The notes beneath the pieces are model-generated. The model did not search any database and was not told the DNA's origin. It saw only the letters and a program-made list of their open reading frames with translations. From contig JAUWNY010000068.1 in assembly GCA_030612405.1 (NCBI GenBank), positions 1 to 12,307 of the forward strand: a DNA stretch of 12,307 nucleotides. The letters are read 5' to 3'. Below, in pieces: positions 11,934-12,307 of the stretch. The position numbers were made by a program, and so were the translations under genes. Every line of letters begins with the position of its first letter. The stretch's first letter is position 1. Source of the DNA: Candidatus Methanophagales archaeon. GTDB taxonomy: Archaea; Halobacteriota; Syntropharchaeia; Alkanophagales; Methanospirareceae.

Positions 11934-11965
11934 TTATCATCTGTGTTAATCTGTGAATAATTTTT
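11934..11965 (-). repeat. Intergenic repeat 'module A', copy 3 (inverted, one decamer unit fewer)
   Basis: The reverse complement of 11934..11953 (cagattaacacagatgataa) is 20/20 identical to 7634..7653. The upstream aaaaattatt resembles aaataaattat of copies 1 and 2. Confidence 0.75.
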
Positions 11966-12307
11966 GGTAGTGTCCTAATTAAGAATAGTTAATGAAAAGA
12001 AATCGTGCCATGTCCATAGGTGGTCTGTTAATCCTTCCAACATTGCAGGTGAAGTTCTTCTTTTGAACTCATTTATGAAATTCCAGTAGAATTGAAACAG
12101 TTGGATTGAACCTTCCAATCTCCATCTCCGTTTTGAGAAACATTTTGTCTTTCGTACTAATCTACCATTCCTCTCTCGTAGTATTCCATTGAAGTTCTCA
12201 ATGTCGGTGGTTTCTATATCGCCGTGGTCGGGGTTGCCGTATATTGTCCTTTTCTCCTTACGGACGACTCTTCCCTTCTCCCTGATCTTTACAAGCTGCC
12301 CATAATC
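11966..12307 (-). mobile_element. Terminus of an IS1-family-like insertion sequence that continues beyond the window
   Basis: The outermost bases ggtagtgtcctaattaag begin like IS1 inverted repeats (GGTA/GATG...). The transposase stop codon lies inside this terminal segment, as in IS1. Confidence 0.55.
11975..12307 (-). CDS. C-terminal part of an IS1-family-like DDE transposase (5' end outside the window)
   Basis: My own minus-strand translation: ...TTDIENFNGILRERNGRLVRKTKCFSKRRWRLEGSIQLFQFYWNF.... The pattern T-x2-IE-x2-N-x2-LR-x4-RL-x-RK-x3-FSK matches E. coli InsB [28 protein letters not shown]. This ORF is absent from the supplied ORF track because it has no start codon in the window. Confidence 0.65.
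   Translation of the reverse strand, partial: DYGQLVKIREKGRVVRKEKRTIYGNPDHGDIETTDIENFNGILRERNGRLVRKTKCFSKRRWRLEGSIQLFQFYWNFINEFKRRTSPAMLEGLTDHLWTWHDFFSLTILN

Overview
This window reads as an archaeal locus. It has TATA-box promoters, oligo-T terminators and PGF-CTERM (archaeosortase-A type) sorting signals.

Gene order:
- Lrp/AsnC regulator (314-754, +).
- A three-gene operon: a Tat-exported, Cys-type FdnG-like molybdopterin oxidoreductase (1120-3882), a 4x[4Fe-4S] subunit (3895-4440) and an 8-TM DmsC-like membrane anchor (4448-5422).
- tatC-tatA on the minus strand (6815/6851-6066 and 5994-5629), convergent with the oxidoreductase operon.
- A second tatC, divergent from the first (6858-7592, +).
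- fdhD (8522-7797, -).
- A nine-heme c-type cytochrome with a PGF-CTERM anchor (8796-9929, +).
- A 426-aa PGF-CTERM surface protein of unknown function with a Met/His/Gly-rich N-terminus (10083-11363, +).
- A truncated 3' remnant of a paralogous cytochrome gene (about 11462-11743).
- The terminus of an IS1-like element (11966-12307).

Taken together this looks like a self-contained extracytoplasmic formate-oxidation and surface-cytochrome electron-transfer module that carries its own Tat translocase and FdhD maturation factor.

Non-coding signals:
1. Collinear ~140-bp upstream modules precede the oxidoreductase operon and the cytochrome gene. Each carries a CCTAAA-N3-TTTAGG palindrome. A related core promoter also precedes the 426-aa gene.
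2. A family of ~180-200 bp hairpin-forming intergenic elements has arms built from CACAGATT(A/T)A decamers (113-313, 7596-7796, 11794-11965). The two outer copies are inverted and bracket the whole cluster.
3. A strong 26-bp-arm palindrome followed by T11 lies after the regulator gene (826-903).
4. Direct repeats of ~320 bp (the cytochrome 3' end plus its terminator) flank the 426-aa gene, with an abrupt step from diverged to near-identical sequence.

No tRNA, rRNA or CRISPR array was seen. All homology calls come from motif recognition by eye, not from database searches.
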